DNA from: an uncultured Candidatus Peribacteria bacterium
GTDB taxonomy: Bacteria > Patescibacteriota > Gracilibacteria > UBA1369 > 2-02-FULL-48-14
Direction: 5' to 3'
Assembly (NCBI GenBank): GCA_964529435.1
Contig: CAZGUT010000002.1
Location: forward strand, 33,621-97,620
Length of the DNA stretch: 64,000 bases
The position numbers were made by a program, and so were the translations under genes. Within the stretch, counting starts at the first letter, position 1. Each line of letters begins with the position of its first letter. Below the pieces are notes generated by a model. That model did not search any database, had not been told where the DNA came from, and worked only from the letters and a program-made list of their open reading frames with translations. Shown here piece after piece: positions 17,702-25,568 of this stretch.

Positions 17702-17722
17702 GTTTTTTGGTTGTTAAAGGGT

Positions 17723-18385
17723 TTAATTCTCTAATGTAGCGAGACGGGTTCTTTCTACTACCCATGAATCGCTAGGTGTTTGTGGTGCAGGGCCTTGTCT
17801 GAATAGTATGACTACTGGTTCTGGTGGCTCTACAACTGTTATGGCGAAGTCTATTCGTGTTAGCAATTGGCTTTCTTGATCTACTCTGAGGAGTGATACT
17901 ACGTGTACTTCATTATCATTGTCTGGAAGTTCAAATGATGCTCGGTTTTCATCCTCTAGCGGATGATATCCTGAGCAAAACCAAACATTTTCTCTAGGAA
18001 CTGCTGTGCTTTGTGTAGGAGTCCAGTTAGCAGCTATGATTCCTAGTGTTCTAGAGTCAGGTATATCTACTAAAGCATCTCTCATTGCTTGGTGAATTTG
18101 ATCTATTTCGTGGGCGAGTCCCTCTTCTCGCATTTCTAAAGTAGAATATGCGTCTGGAGTTGTTTCAGGGCAAGTCACATCTCTTTTTTCTGCATGTTGT
18201 CTTAACATACCAATTTCTCTCTCTATGAGAGGTAACAGCATTTCTCTTCTCAGGAGATATCTTATTAAGTCCCCCCACTGGTGGCAATACTTTGGTTTCT
18301 CACCTTCTTCCCAGTCGAAATCTTCAAATCCTACGAGTAGGGCGTTTGCTGTTCTTTCCTTAGAGCTTGGGATGGCATGCTTCAT
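17723..18385 (-). CDS. ORFan, 220 aa, no recognisable domain
   Basis: Long ORF with an ATG start, 21 nt upstream of the wHTH ORFan. Acidic, and contains Trp and Cys. Confidence 0.55.
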   Translation of the reverse strand: MKHAIPSSKERTANALLVGFEDFDWEEGEKPKYCHQWGDLIRYLLRREMLLPLIEREIGMLRQHAEKRDVTCPETTPDAYSTLEMREEGLAHEIDQIHQAMRDALVDIPDSRTLGIIAANWTPTQSTAVPRENVWFCSGYHPLEDENRASFELPDNDNEVHVVSLLRVDQESQLLTRIDFAITVVEPPEPVVILFRQGPAPQTPSDSWVVERTRLATLEN

Positions 18386-18413
18386 TTGTTTTGTGTGAGG
18401 CTAGTGCCTGACC

Positions 18414-19337
18414 TTACAGAAATTCATTTATGCGTGCAACCCAATCATGACGGATCTCTGCGCGGATGTCTCTGTCGTGGAATTTCAGCATTTTCTCCGA
18501 GATGACGGAGCCGGATTTGTCTGGGAGACGGCGGTATTTTTCAAGGGCACGTTCCATCTGCCAGTTACGGAATTTGAGTTCCCATTTTTCTGTGCCAAAC
18601 CAGCGTTCTAAGCGGGATTTCCATTTTGCATGCCAGGGTTTGGGTTTGCGGTAGCGGCGACGGAGCTTTGTTACTTCTGGGAAATATGGTTTTAGCCATT
18701 TAGCATTTGCTTCCAGGAGTCTTTCATAAAGGATGTAGTCGCCGGAGATTGGAGTTAGGGTTTTGAGCCAGTAAGCCAGGTATATGTCGTAAGGTTTTTG
18801 TTCTACTTCTGATAAATCTAGGTTGTCGTCTGTGATGTAGAAACTAAGGCAGAATTTCTTCCTCGTGAAGCGGCCGTGTCGTCTGACGAAGAAGAAGCTA
18901 GTCAATAGAGTAAGAAAGAATCTTGCGGTGAAAAGATGTTTTTTGTCTGCAATTACCAATAAATCTATGTCGCTATTTTCTTCAACTGCACGGATCGGGA
19001 GGCTGTTGCAAACTGCTGCTAATCGTACAAAGGGACAGAGATGGAAAATCCATTGAAAATTGTGAACTCGTTTCCACCATTCTTTTGCGCGGCGGCGTTT
19101 CCCTTCAAAAGCTTCGTAAAATGCACGGTTGCGTTTTAAGGAGTAATATCCGTCGTAGATGTGAATTAATGGGCTTTCTCGGAGGTAAATGTCGATTTTT
19201 TCTTTGTCGGGTTTTAGGAAAAACAGGTTTTCGTAAATTTCTTCTGCGCTTAGTGGGACGTCGAATAAATCAAAATAAGCAAGCGTGGAGATCACGGCTT
19301 GTTTTACGGTCATTGTTTTGGGGAATGCGTAGCTCAT
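18414..19337 (-). CDS. Conserved hypothetical, Pol-beta-superfamily nucleotidyltransferase-like
   Basis: EENSDIDLLVIADKK resembles the NTase acidic motif; 307 aa. Confidence 0.6.
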   Translation of the reverse strand: MSYAFPKTMTVKQAVISTLAYFDLFDVPLSAEEIYENLFFLKPDKEKIDIYLRESPLIHIYDGYYSLKRNRAFYEAFEGKRRRAKEWWKRVHNFQWIFHLCPFVRLAAVCNSLPIRAVEENSDIDLLVIADKKHLFTARFFLTLLTSFFFVRRHGRFTRKKFCLSFYITDDNLDLSEVEQKPYDIYLAYWLKTLTPISGDYILYERLLEANAKWLKPYFPEVTKLRRRYRKPKPWHAKWKSRLERWFGTEKWELKFRNWQMERALEKYRRLPDKSGSVISEKMLKFHDRDIRAEIRHDWVARINEFL

Positions 19338-19387
19338 ATTGCGAGTTTGAAGGAGTTAGCTTACCATGGACTAGTAAAATCGTCACT

Positions 19388-21478
19388 ATGGAAAAGAAAA
19401 TTCAGTCGCTACTAAAGAAATTAGCAAAAATGCCGGGAGTTTATAAGTTTAAAGATAAAGAGGGGCAGGTGTTGTATGTGGGGAAGGCGAAGGATTTGAG
19501 TAAGAGAGTGAAGAGTTATTTCAGGAGGGAGAAGGGGAGGAGTGTGCGTGTGCAGAAGTTGATTGAGAAGACGGCGGATATTGAATGGACTGAGGTAGGG
19601 AGTGATCTGGAGGCGATTGTGTTAGAGGCGAATCTGATTAAGGAGTTGAAGCCGAAATATAATGTACTGATGAAGGATGACAAGAATTTTGTGTATGTGA
19701 AGGTCACTCGGGAGGATTTTCCGCGGGTGAAAATTGTGCGGAAAGTTGAGAAAGATGGGGCGCGGTATTTTGGGCCGAAGACGGCGGCTAAGAAAGTGAA
19801 GAAGACGCTGCTGCTTTTGCAGAAATTGTTTAAGTTTAGGAGTTGTGATTTGGGGATAGAATGGCGGGATGGGAAGGCTGTGGTGACCAAAAAGACTATT
19901 GCTTTTCCTTGTTTGGATTCGCACATTAAGCGTTGTGATGCGCCTTGCGTGGGAGATATTGGGCCCGAGGAATATGGTGAGGGGATTAAGCAGATTGAGT
20001 TGTTTTTGGAGGGGAAGACGGAGGCGATTGAAAAGATGTTGAAGAGGCAGATGGAGGAATTAGTTGCTGAGAAGCAGTTTGAAAAGGCTGGGGTGCTTAG
20101 GGATAGATTGTTGGCGGTTCAGGAGCTTTCTCAGAAGCAGTTGGTTTCATCGCCGGATCACGCGAATATGGATATTTTTGGTTTTGTAGTGGAGGGGGCC
20201 AAGGCTTATTTCACGCTATTCATGTTTAGGGATGGGAAATTGATTGATCAGGAGAATTTTGTAGTCGATGCTGGTGGGTTTTGTGAAGAAGATGCTGGTG
20301 GTTTGGTTCAGAGTTTTTTGTATCAGTACTATGAAAAAGCGGCTGATGTTCCGGAGCAGGTACTCTTGCCAGTTGAAATTGAAGATGAGTTTTTTGAGGA
20401 GTGGGCTGGGGTTAAAGTGAAAGTGCCGCAGAAGGGGAAGAAGAATAAATTGATTGAGTTGACTCGGAAAAATGCTGAGAGTTTTATGAAGCAGCATAAG
20501 GCTCGGTGGGAGGTGGCTAAAAGGGATGATACGGAGGCGTTGGGGGATTTGGCTAAGGTGCTTGAGATGGAGAAATCGCCAAAGAGGATTGAGGCTTATG
20601 ATATTTCGCATTTGGGTGGCTCGGATACGGTTGCGAGTATGGTGGTTTTTGAGGATGGGGTGCCTAAGAAGTCGGATTACCGGAAGTTTAGGATTAGGAG
20701 TGTTGATGATGGGGATGATTATGAGGCGATGGGTGAGGTGCTGAGGCGTCGGTTTTCTAGGTTGAGGAAAGATGTTGTGATTAGGAAGGCGACTGTGGGG
20801 AAAAAGAAGGTGATTTTAGGGTTTCTGGAGGATGGCTGGAAGCAGAAAGAGATGCATGGGGATATTAGTGAGTATTATTTGGGGTATGTCGATAAAAAGC
20901 CTGTTGGAATGGTACGGATGATTCCGGGTGATGGTGATTTATATTTGCTGGAGGTGTTGTATGTGGAACCTGAAATGCGAAAACATGGGATTGGGAAGGC
21001 ATTGATGAGGCACGCGATTGAGAAAACTAAGGGGAGGAGGGTTTATGTTTATTGTTTTGGGGAGCTGGTGGATTACTATAAAAATTATGGGTTTGAGGAG
21101 ATTAAAAAGATGCCGGATTGTTTTGCGGAGCGGGTTGCCAAGTTTAAAGAGCGAAATAGCAGATGGAACGTGACGATGTCTGCGTATGATCCTGGAAAGC
21201 ACAAGGATTCGTCGTTTTCTGCTCGGCCGGATTTGGTACTTTTGGATGGCGGGAAGGGGCAGCTAGGAGTTGGGGTGCGTGTATTGGAGGAGTATGGAGT
21301 TGATGTGCCTGTGATTGCATTGGCAAAGAAAGAGGAAGAGGTTTTTATGCCGGGGAAGAAATTGGTAATTGAGAAAGATGCGAAGGCGCTGTATCTGTTA
21401 CAGCGGGTTCGGAATGAGGCTCACCGTTTTGCGCTTAGCTTTCAGAAGAAGAGGCGGGAGAAGGGGATGTTTGAGTGA
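19388..21478 (+). CDS. uvrC: Excinuclease ABC subunit C with an inserted GNAT domain; no C-terminal (HhH)2 domain
   Basis: GIY-YIG (GVYKFKDKEGQVLYVGKAKDLSKRVKSYF), a UVR region, DGGKGQL and RNEAHRFA. The true start is the ATG at 19388, not 19085. Confidence 0.9.
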   Translation: MEKKIQSLLKKLAKMPGVYKFKDKEGQVLYVGKAKDLSKRVKSYFRREKGRSVRVQKLIEKTADIEWTEVGSDLEAIVLEANLIKELKPKYNVLMKDDKNFVYVKVTREDFPRVKIVRKVEKDGARYFGPKTAAKKVKKTLLLLQKLFKFRSCDLGIEWRDGKAVVTKKTIAFPCLDSHIKRCDAPCVGDIGPEEYGEGIKQIELFLEGKTEAIEKMLKRQMEELVAEKQFEKAGVLRDRLLAVQELSQKQLVSSPDHANMDIFGFVVEGAKAYFTLFMFRDGKLIDQENFVVDAGGFCEEDAGGLVQSFLYQYYEKAADVPEQVLLPVEIEDEFFEEWAGVKVKVPQKGKKNKLIELTRKNAESFMKQHKARWEVAKRDDTEALGDLAKVLEMEKSPKRIEAYDISHLGGSDTVASMVVFEDGVPKKSDYRKFRIRSVDDGDDYEAMGEVLRRRFSRLRKDVVIRKATVGKKKVILGFLEDGWKQKEMHGDISEYYLGYVDKKPVGMVRMIPGDGDLYLLEVLYVEPEMRKHGIGKALMRHAIEKTKGRRVYVYCFGELVDYYKNYGFEEIKKMPDCFAERVAKFKERNSRWNVTMSAYDPGKHKDSSFSARPDLVLLDGGKGQLGVGVRVLEEYGVDVPVIALAKKEEEVFMPGKKLVIEKDAKALYLLQRVRNEAHRFALSFQKKRREKGMFE

Positions 21479-21508
21479 TTGACATGTGGTAGAGGCTGAA
21501 CGTAAGAT
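21479..21508 (+). promoter_or_regulatory. Promoter TTGACA-18-TAAGAT for the 21535 ORFan
   Basis: -35 at 21479-21484, starting right after the uvrC stop; -10 at 21503-21508. Confidence 0.5.
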
Positions 21509-21534
21509 GAAGTCTCTTTTAAAATTGAATTATT

Positions 21535-22068
21535 ATGCCTCATCTATGTCCTGATGACCCTTATAGTTATCCATGGGAAGAACCTTGGGTTCAAGCGCTT
21601 CGTGAGTCAAATTTATTGTTTAGAGAGGATGCATTAGTTCCTCCGCCTTCAGAAGGGTCAACTAGGGCTGTTCCTCCTCTTCATGAATCTGTTAAAGCAG
21701 CTGTTGATCGAGCTTTATTAGATCTTGAAGGTGAAATGGAGAGTTGGGGGGATGGTTCTGAAATATGGGGTGTTTTGCGTACAGCTTTGACTGTTGTCTC
21801 AGGAGATTGTCATTGTACAGGGCTCACTCGTCCTCCTATTACATGGGAAGCTAGGCGTCCTGAAGTAGCTGATCATTATCTTTTTGCTGTATTTAGAGCG
21901 ATTCCAGAAGGAAGAGAACGATATTTGAGGAAAGGATTTTTCTTTGCAGTTCCAGTTGATATGAGTGGTGAGCTTAGGGGTGAACCAAAGCCTATCAGAA
22001 CTATGTGGCCTATTGATTTGGCAAGTTCTCCAGTGGCTTTTAGGCCGCATCCGTGGAATTTTAGATAG
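21535..22068 (+). CDS. ORFan, 177 aa, Pro/Trp/Cys-containing
   Basis: ATG start and its own promoter. Third codon positions are T/A-rich, unlike neighbouring + strand core genes. Confidence 0.55.
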   Translation: MPHLCPDDPYSYPWEEPWVQALRESNLLFREDALVPPPSEGSTRAVPPLHESVKAAVDRALLDLEGEMESWGDGSEIWGVLRTALTVVSGDCHCTGLTRPPITWEARRPEVADHYLFAVFRAIPEGRERYLRKGFFFAVPVDMSGELRGEPKPIRTMWPIDLASSPVAFRPHPWNFR

Positions 22069-22093
22069 TGGGAGGTGGTATTTGAGTGATTAT

Positions 22094-22125
22094 GCCTGGT
22101 GGAGCTGACGAGCTTCGACAACACA
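22094..22125 (-). other. Degenerate tRNA 3'-end-like fragment (...GUCGAAGCUCGUCAGCUCCACCA)
   Basis: 22094-22118 matches 25456-25480 at 22 of 25 positions, which is the 3' end plus flank of the tRNA-like element there. Confidence 0.55.
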
Positions 22126-22126
22126 C

Positions 22127-22199
22127 AAAAAAACCTATCCATAGGGAGAGGCTTTTTGTTGAGACTCAGGAAGGCCGTAGTTAAACGGGCACCTTGATC
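22127..22199 (-). ncRNA. Candidate small RNA, family member 1 (~73 nt)
   Basis: 5' hairpin AAGG-ug-CCGU-uuaacu-ACGG-CCUU, then a terminator-like hairpin CCUCUCC-CUAU-GGAUAGG plus U7. It has its own promoter and contains no ORF. Confidence 0.45.
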
Positions 22200-22205
22200 A
22201 TTTTT

Positions 22206-22233
22206 AGTATATCAAAAATCAGCTAAATTGCAA
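22206..22233 (-). promoter_or_regulatory. Promoter TTGCAA-16-TATACT for sRNA 1
   Basis: -35 at 22233-22228 and -10 at 22211-22206, just downstream of the tRNA-Leu 3' end. Confidence 0.5.
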
Positions 22234-22243
22234 GGAGAAGTTC

Positions 22244-22330
22244 TGGTGCCGAAGGTGGGAATCGAACCCACACTCCCCGAGAGGAACGGGATTTTGAGTC
22301 CCGCGCGTCTACCAATTCCGCCACTTCGGC
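22244..22330 (-). tRNA. tRNA-Leu(CAA), class II, CCA encoded
   Basis: The reverse complement is GCCGAAG-UG-GCGG..GGUAGA..CGC, an anticodon arm CGGGA-CUCAAAA-UCCCG, a long variable arm, a T arm GUGGG-UUCGAUU-CCCAC, then CUUCGGC-A-CCA. Confidence 0.92.
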
Positions 22331-22404
22331 ACGCGAAAAAATTACACTATTTGTGAACAGGACACAATATGCTATTCTTTCACCCGATCTTTTAACTTTT
22401 CATT

Positions 22405-23094
22405 ATGAAAAACTTACAAACACTTTGGGTTGGGCTTAGCTTTTTGGTTGTTGGTTTGGCTGTCGGGCTTTTTGTCGCTAATGGGACTGATCTTCTTGGG
22501 GCGAATGTGATGGATGCTCCGGAAAAAGCTGCGGCGCCGGAATTTGACGTTGATGCTTTGGAATTCGTTGCTGTTTCAGTGGATGATGACGCGATGCTTG
22601 GTGATCCAAATGCACCTGTTACGATTGTCGAATTTAGTGACTTTCAATGTCCTTATTGTTCAAAGTTTGTGATTGAGACGATGCCGTTGATCCAAGAGAA
22701 TTATATTGATACTGGGCTGGTGAACTTGGTCTTCAGGGACTATCCGCTTCCAAGTCATGCAGATGGTGCTGTAGCGGCAGAGGCGGCTGAGTGTGTCGGT
22801 GAAGAAGGTGATGATCTTTATTTTGCAATGCATGATGCGATCTTTTTGAATACCGAGCTTTGGTCTTATAGTGAAGATGTTGAAGGTGCTTTGGTCAGTT
22901 TGGCGGGTGAGCTTGGAGTGGATATTTCTGCTTGTTTGGCAAATGGAGATATGGCTCAGGAGGTAACTGATGACCTTACTGCTGCTCGTGAATATGGGGT
23001 GAGTGGAACACCGACTTTCTTTATCAATGGCAAAAAGCTTGTAGGGGCATATCCTTATGAGTATTTTGAAATGATTATTGAATCTGAACTTTAA
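22405..23094 (+). CDS. Membrane-anchored DsbA-family thiol:disulfide oxidoreductase
   Basis: N-terminal TM helix and a thioredoxin-fold FSDFQCPYCSKF (CPYC) active site. Confidence 0.85.
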   Translation: MKNLQTLWVGLSFLVVGLAVGLFVANGTDLLGANVMDAPEKAAAPEFDVDALEFVAVSVDDDAMLGDPNAPVTIVEFSDFQCPYCSKFVIETMPLIQENYIDTGLVNLVFRDYPLPSHADGAVAAEAAECVGEEGDDLYFAMHDAIFLNTELWSYSEDVEGALVSLAGELGVDISACLANGDMAQEVTDDLTAAREYGVSGTPTFFINGKKLVGAYPYEYFEMIIESEL

Positions 23095-23103
23095 TTTTTT
23101 ACT

Positions 23104-23313
23104 ATGAAAGAAGCTTTAGATGAACAGGATGGTGGGAATAGTGTTCAAAAAGGAGGTATGGAATTTAATAGTGTGTCTGACCAATTTCGAAGGGCTTTAT
23201 TTGCTAGAAGACAGGCAATTATGGAGGGGCCGGTTCCTGAGTTAGGAGAGATTCCTCCTAGTTATGAAAATGAGCGTGCGTGGGATCAATGCGTATGGCG
23301 TATGGGGCTTTAA
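23104..23313 (+). CDS. Mini-ORFan, 69 aa
   Basis: ATG lies 9 nt after the dsbA-like stop. Its own stop is embedded in the 11-nt repeat TAATTTCTAAA. Confidence 0.4.
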   Translation: MKEALDEQDGGNSVQKGGMEFNSVSDQFRRALFARRQAIMEGPVPELGEIPPSYENERAWDQCVWRMGL

Positions 23314-23331
23314 TTTCTAAATTATTTTTAT

Positions 23332-23544
23332 ATGGAAAGGGAGGGTGAAAGAAATGATGCGGGACTAACTAGTTTTTTAGCTAGATGTGAGGCTGAAGAT
23401 CTTGAGCCTAGCCTGGAGCTATCTAGGTTGTTAAGGAAAAGACCTCTTCCTTTGAAAAATATATTTGTAGATACTGGTTGGCAATTTACTTGTCCTTATC
23501 ATGCTGGTGGAGATGAGAGAGAATTTTGTAGTTATCGTTATTAA
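23332..23544 (+). CDS. Mini-ORFan, 70 aa, with C-x2-H...C near the C-terminus
   Basis: WQFTCPYHAGGDEREFCSYRY. Its stop is embedded in the second copy of TAATTTCTAAA, 10 nt before the obg ATG. Confidence 0.4.
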   Translation: MEREGERNDAGLTSFLARCEAEDLEPSLELSRLLRKRPLPLKNIFVDTGWQFTCPYHAGGDEREFCSYRY

Positions 23545-23554
23545 TTTCTAAACT

Positions 23555-24934
23555 ATGTTCTTCGACGAAGTAACCCTTGAGCTCGAAGGAGGGCGAGGGG
23601 GCAATGGTATGGTTAGTTTCCATCGGGAGAAGTTTGTGGCTTATGGGCCGCCGGATGGAGGCGATGGAGGAAAAGGTGGCAGCGTGGTGCTGGTGGCAGA
23701 TTCGAATTACAATACTTTTAGGCATTTTTCAGGGAAGAAGAAGTTTGTGGCTGGAGCGGGGCAGGGTGGTCATAAAAATAATATGACTGGGAAGGGAGGT
23801 GAGGATTTGGAGATCAAAGTTCCGGTTGGGACACTGGTTTATGAGGGCGATGAGGTGCTGGTGGATTTGAGTGCTGCTGGTATGAGTTTTGTGGCTGCAG
23901 GCGGTGGACGTGGTGGTCATGGGAACGCGAATTTTGCTTCTAGTGTTCGGCAGGCGCCGAAGTTTGCTGAGTTGGGAGATATTGGAGAACGGCGACGTGT
24001 GAGACTTGAGATGCAATTGGTTGCGGATATTGGGCTTGTTGGTTTTCCGTCGGCGGGGAAATCTACGCTGATTTCTCATGTTTCTGCGGCAAAGCCTAAG
24101 ATTGGGGATTATCCTTTTACAACTCTTGTGCCGAATTTGGGGGTTGTGAATTTGAGTCAGTTTGGTGGTGGTGAGGAGCAGACTTTTGTGATTGCTGATA
24201 TGCCTGGGATTATTGAGGGTGCATCTGAGGGGAAAGGGCTTGGTGATCGATTTTTGAAGCATATTTCAAGGAGTGCGATATTGGTTTACCTATTAGATCC
24301 TTTTTCTTATGATGATCGGCCGATTGTGGAACAGTACAGGGTTTTAAAGAAAGAGTTGGAGAAATATAAAAAGGAGCTTTTGGACAAGGATCAGATTGTG
24401 GTTATGAATAAAATTGATGCGATTCCGGAAGAAGATAGGGAGGAGTTGAAGGGTGAGTTTTTGAAAAAATTTCCGGAGTGGAAGGATAAGTTTCGGATGG
24501 CTTCTGGGGTGAGTGGTGAGGGATTGGATGATTTGATGAAGGAGCTATGGAATATGGTTCAATCGCGAAAAGAAAAGGTGCCTGAGGTGGAGGAGGATGA
24601 AGTGGTGGAGTATGTACCGAAGTATTTTGTTGATGAACAGAGTTTTGAAGTCGAGAAAATGTATGATGTGGACGATTTTGATAAGCTTGTGTGTGGGAAG
24701 TTGATTTCGGATGAGAAAATGCCGAAGAGACAGCTTTTTGAGGTGAAAGGGGCGCGGATTCAGCAGATTTCTCGGATGACAAATGTGGAGCAGGAGGAGG
24801 CGATTCAGAGGGTTTATGATGTGATGAATAAGATGGGGATTCATGATGAGCTCAGGAAGGCTGGCGCTGAGACCGGAGATTATGTAAAAATAGAACCGCA
24901 CTTTTTTGAATTCCATGACCTAAAAGACGAATGA
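23555..24934 (+). CDS. obg: GTPase Obg/CgtA with a C-terminal OCT-like domain
   Basis: Gly-rich Obg fold (GGRGGNGMVSFHREKF..GGDGGKGG) and G domain GFPSAGKSTL. Confidence 0.93.
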   Translation: MFFDEVTLELEGGRGGNGMVSFHREKFVAYGPPDGGDGGKGGSVVLVADSNYNTFRHFSGKKKFVAGAGQGGHKNNMTGKGGEDLEIKVPVGTLVYEGDEVLVDLSAAGMSFVAAGGGRGGHGNANFASSVRQAPKFAELGDIGERRRVRLEMQLVADIGLVGFPSAGKSTLISHVSAAKPKIGDYPFTTLVPNLGVVNLSQFGGGEEQTFVIADMPGIIEGASEGKGLGDRFLKHISRSAILVYLLDPFSYDDRPIVEQYRVLKKELEKYKKELLDKDQIVVMNKIDAIPEEDREELKGEFLKKFPEWKDKFRMASGVSGEGLDDLMKELWNMVQSRKEKVPEVEEDEVVEYVPKYFVDEQSFEVEKMYDVDDFDKLVCGKLISDEKMPKRQLFEVKGARIQQISRMTNVEQEEAIQRVYDVMNKMGIHDELRKAGAETGDYVKIEPHFFEFHDLKDE

Positions 24935-25455
24935 AAGTAATTTGTGGGCTCGGAAATCCTGGAGGTGAGTATGCGGAGACGCGGCATAATGCTGGGTTTA
25001 TTTTTGTGGATAGATGGGCGGAGAAGAATGAGTTTACGGATTGGAAGGAGCAGAAAGGGTGTTTGGTGAGTAAGAAAGATGGGGTTTTGTTAGTGAAGCC
25101 GCAGGGTTTTATGAATAAAAGTGGCGGACCGCTGGCTGCTGTGCTGAATTTTTATAAGGTGGATTTGGCGGACTTGGTGGTGGTTTATGATGATGTGGAT
25201 TTGCCGCTGGGTGAGGTTCGTTTTCGGAAAGAAGGTGGTGCTGGGACTCATAATGGGATGAAGTCAGTGATTGAACAGTTGGGTGGCGGAGATTTTGCTA
25301 GGTTACGTCTTGGAGTGGAGTCTCGGGGTGAGAGTAGTCCTGAGCAGATGGATATTTCGGCTTTTGTATTGAGCAGGTTTAGTGATGAGGAATGGGAGGT
25401 GTTTGAGAAGGAAGTTGAGGAGGGGCTTGGGGTGCTTGAAAAGGAGCTTATGTAA
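24931..25455 (+). CDS. pth: Peptidyl-tRNA hydrolase
   Basis: GLGNPGGEYAETRHNAGF; ATGA overlap with obg. Confidence 0.9.
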   Translation: MKVICGLGNPGGEYAETRHNAGFIFVDRWAEKNEFTDWKEQKGCLVSKKDGVLLVKPQGFMNKSGGPLAAVLNFYKVDLADLVVVYDDVDLPLGEVRFRKEGGAGTHNGMKSVIEQLGGGDFARLRLGVESRGESSPEQMDISAFVLSRFSDEEWEVFEKEVEEGLGVLEKELM

Positions 25456-25458
25456 GCC

Positions 25459-25529
25459 TGGTGGAGCCGACGGGATTCGAACCCGTATTTCTTGGGTGAC
25501 GAGCCGAAGCGCTTTAGCCAATTAAGTTA
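25459..25529 (-). pseudogene. tRNA-like element covering canonical positions 8-76 but lacking a matching 5' acceptor strand
   Basis: U8A9, D arm CUU/AAG with loop AAUUGGCUA, a hairpin with 7-nt loop CUCGUCA, T arm ACGGG-UUCGAAU-CCCGU, and CGGCUCC-A-CCA. The 7 nt upstream (CGGCCAA) cannot pair with the 3' acceptor strand. Confidence 0.55.
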
Positions 25530-25535
25530 TTGGCC

Positions 25536-25563
25536 GTAGGTTCGATTCCTACCCAGGGTACCA
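25536..25563 (+). other. Isolated tRNA 3' fragment (T arm + acceptor 3' strand + CCA)
   Basis: GUAGG-UUCGAUU-CCUAC-CCAGGGU-A-CCA. No complementary 5' strand (ACCCUGG) lies within about 100 nt upstream. Confidence 0.5.
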
Positions 25564-25568
25564 CATTC

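Noticed and set aside
19085-19387. The 101-aa N-terminal extension of uvrC given by the longest ORF.
   Set aside because: The extension is antisense to the 5' end of gene 18414..19337, is Arg/Cys/Leu-rich, and precedes the canonical GIY-YIG N-terminus that begins at the ATG at 19388.
22127-22199. The three hairpin/terminator units interpreted merely as terminators of neighbouring genes.
   Set aside because: This is not fully excluded. However, each unit has its own -35/-10 at the correct distance, the hairpin polarity (U-tract, G-U pair) matches that promoter, and for 60887-60957 there is no co-oriented upstream gene. They are therefore reported as candidate sRNAs with moderate confidence.
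25456-25563. A tmRNA (ssrA), one-piece or permuted. This was suggested by ...GUCGGCUCCACCA, the G3:U70 pairing, GGAGC.GACG...UUCGA on the + strand, and a GCUUUAGCC.AAUUAA string resembling an ...ALA* tag.
   Set aside because: I could find no partner acceptor strand at a tmRNA-compatible distance, no pseudoknot region, and no resume-codon context. The 5' fragment at 26138 has a canonical tRNA D-loop rather than the tmRNA UUCGAC region. The + strand resemblance is simply the reverse complement of a T arm and acceptor stem.
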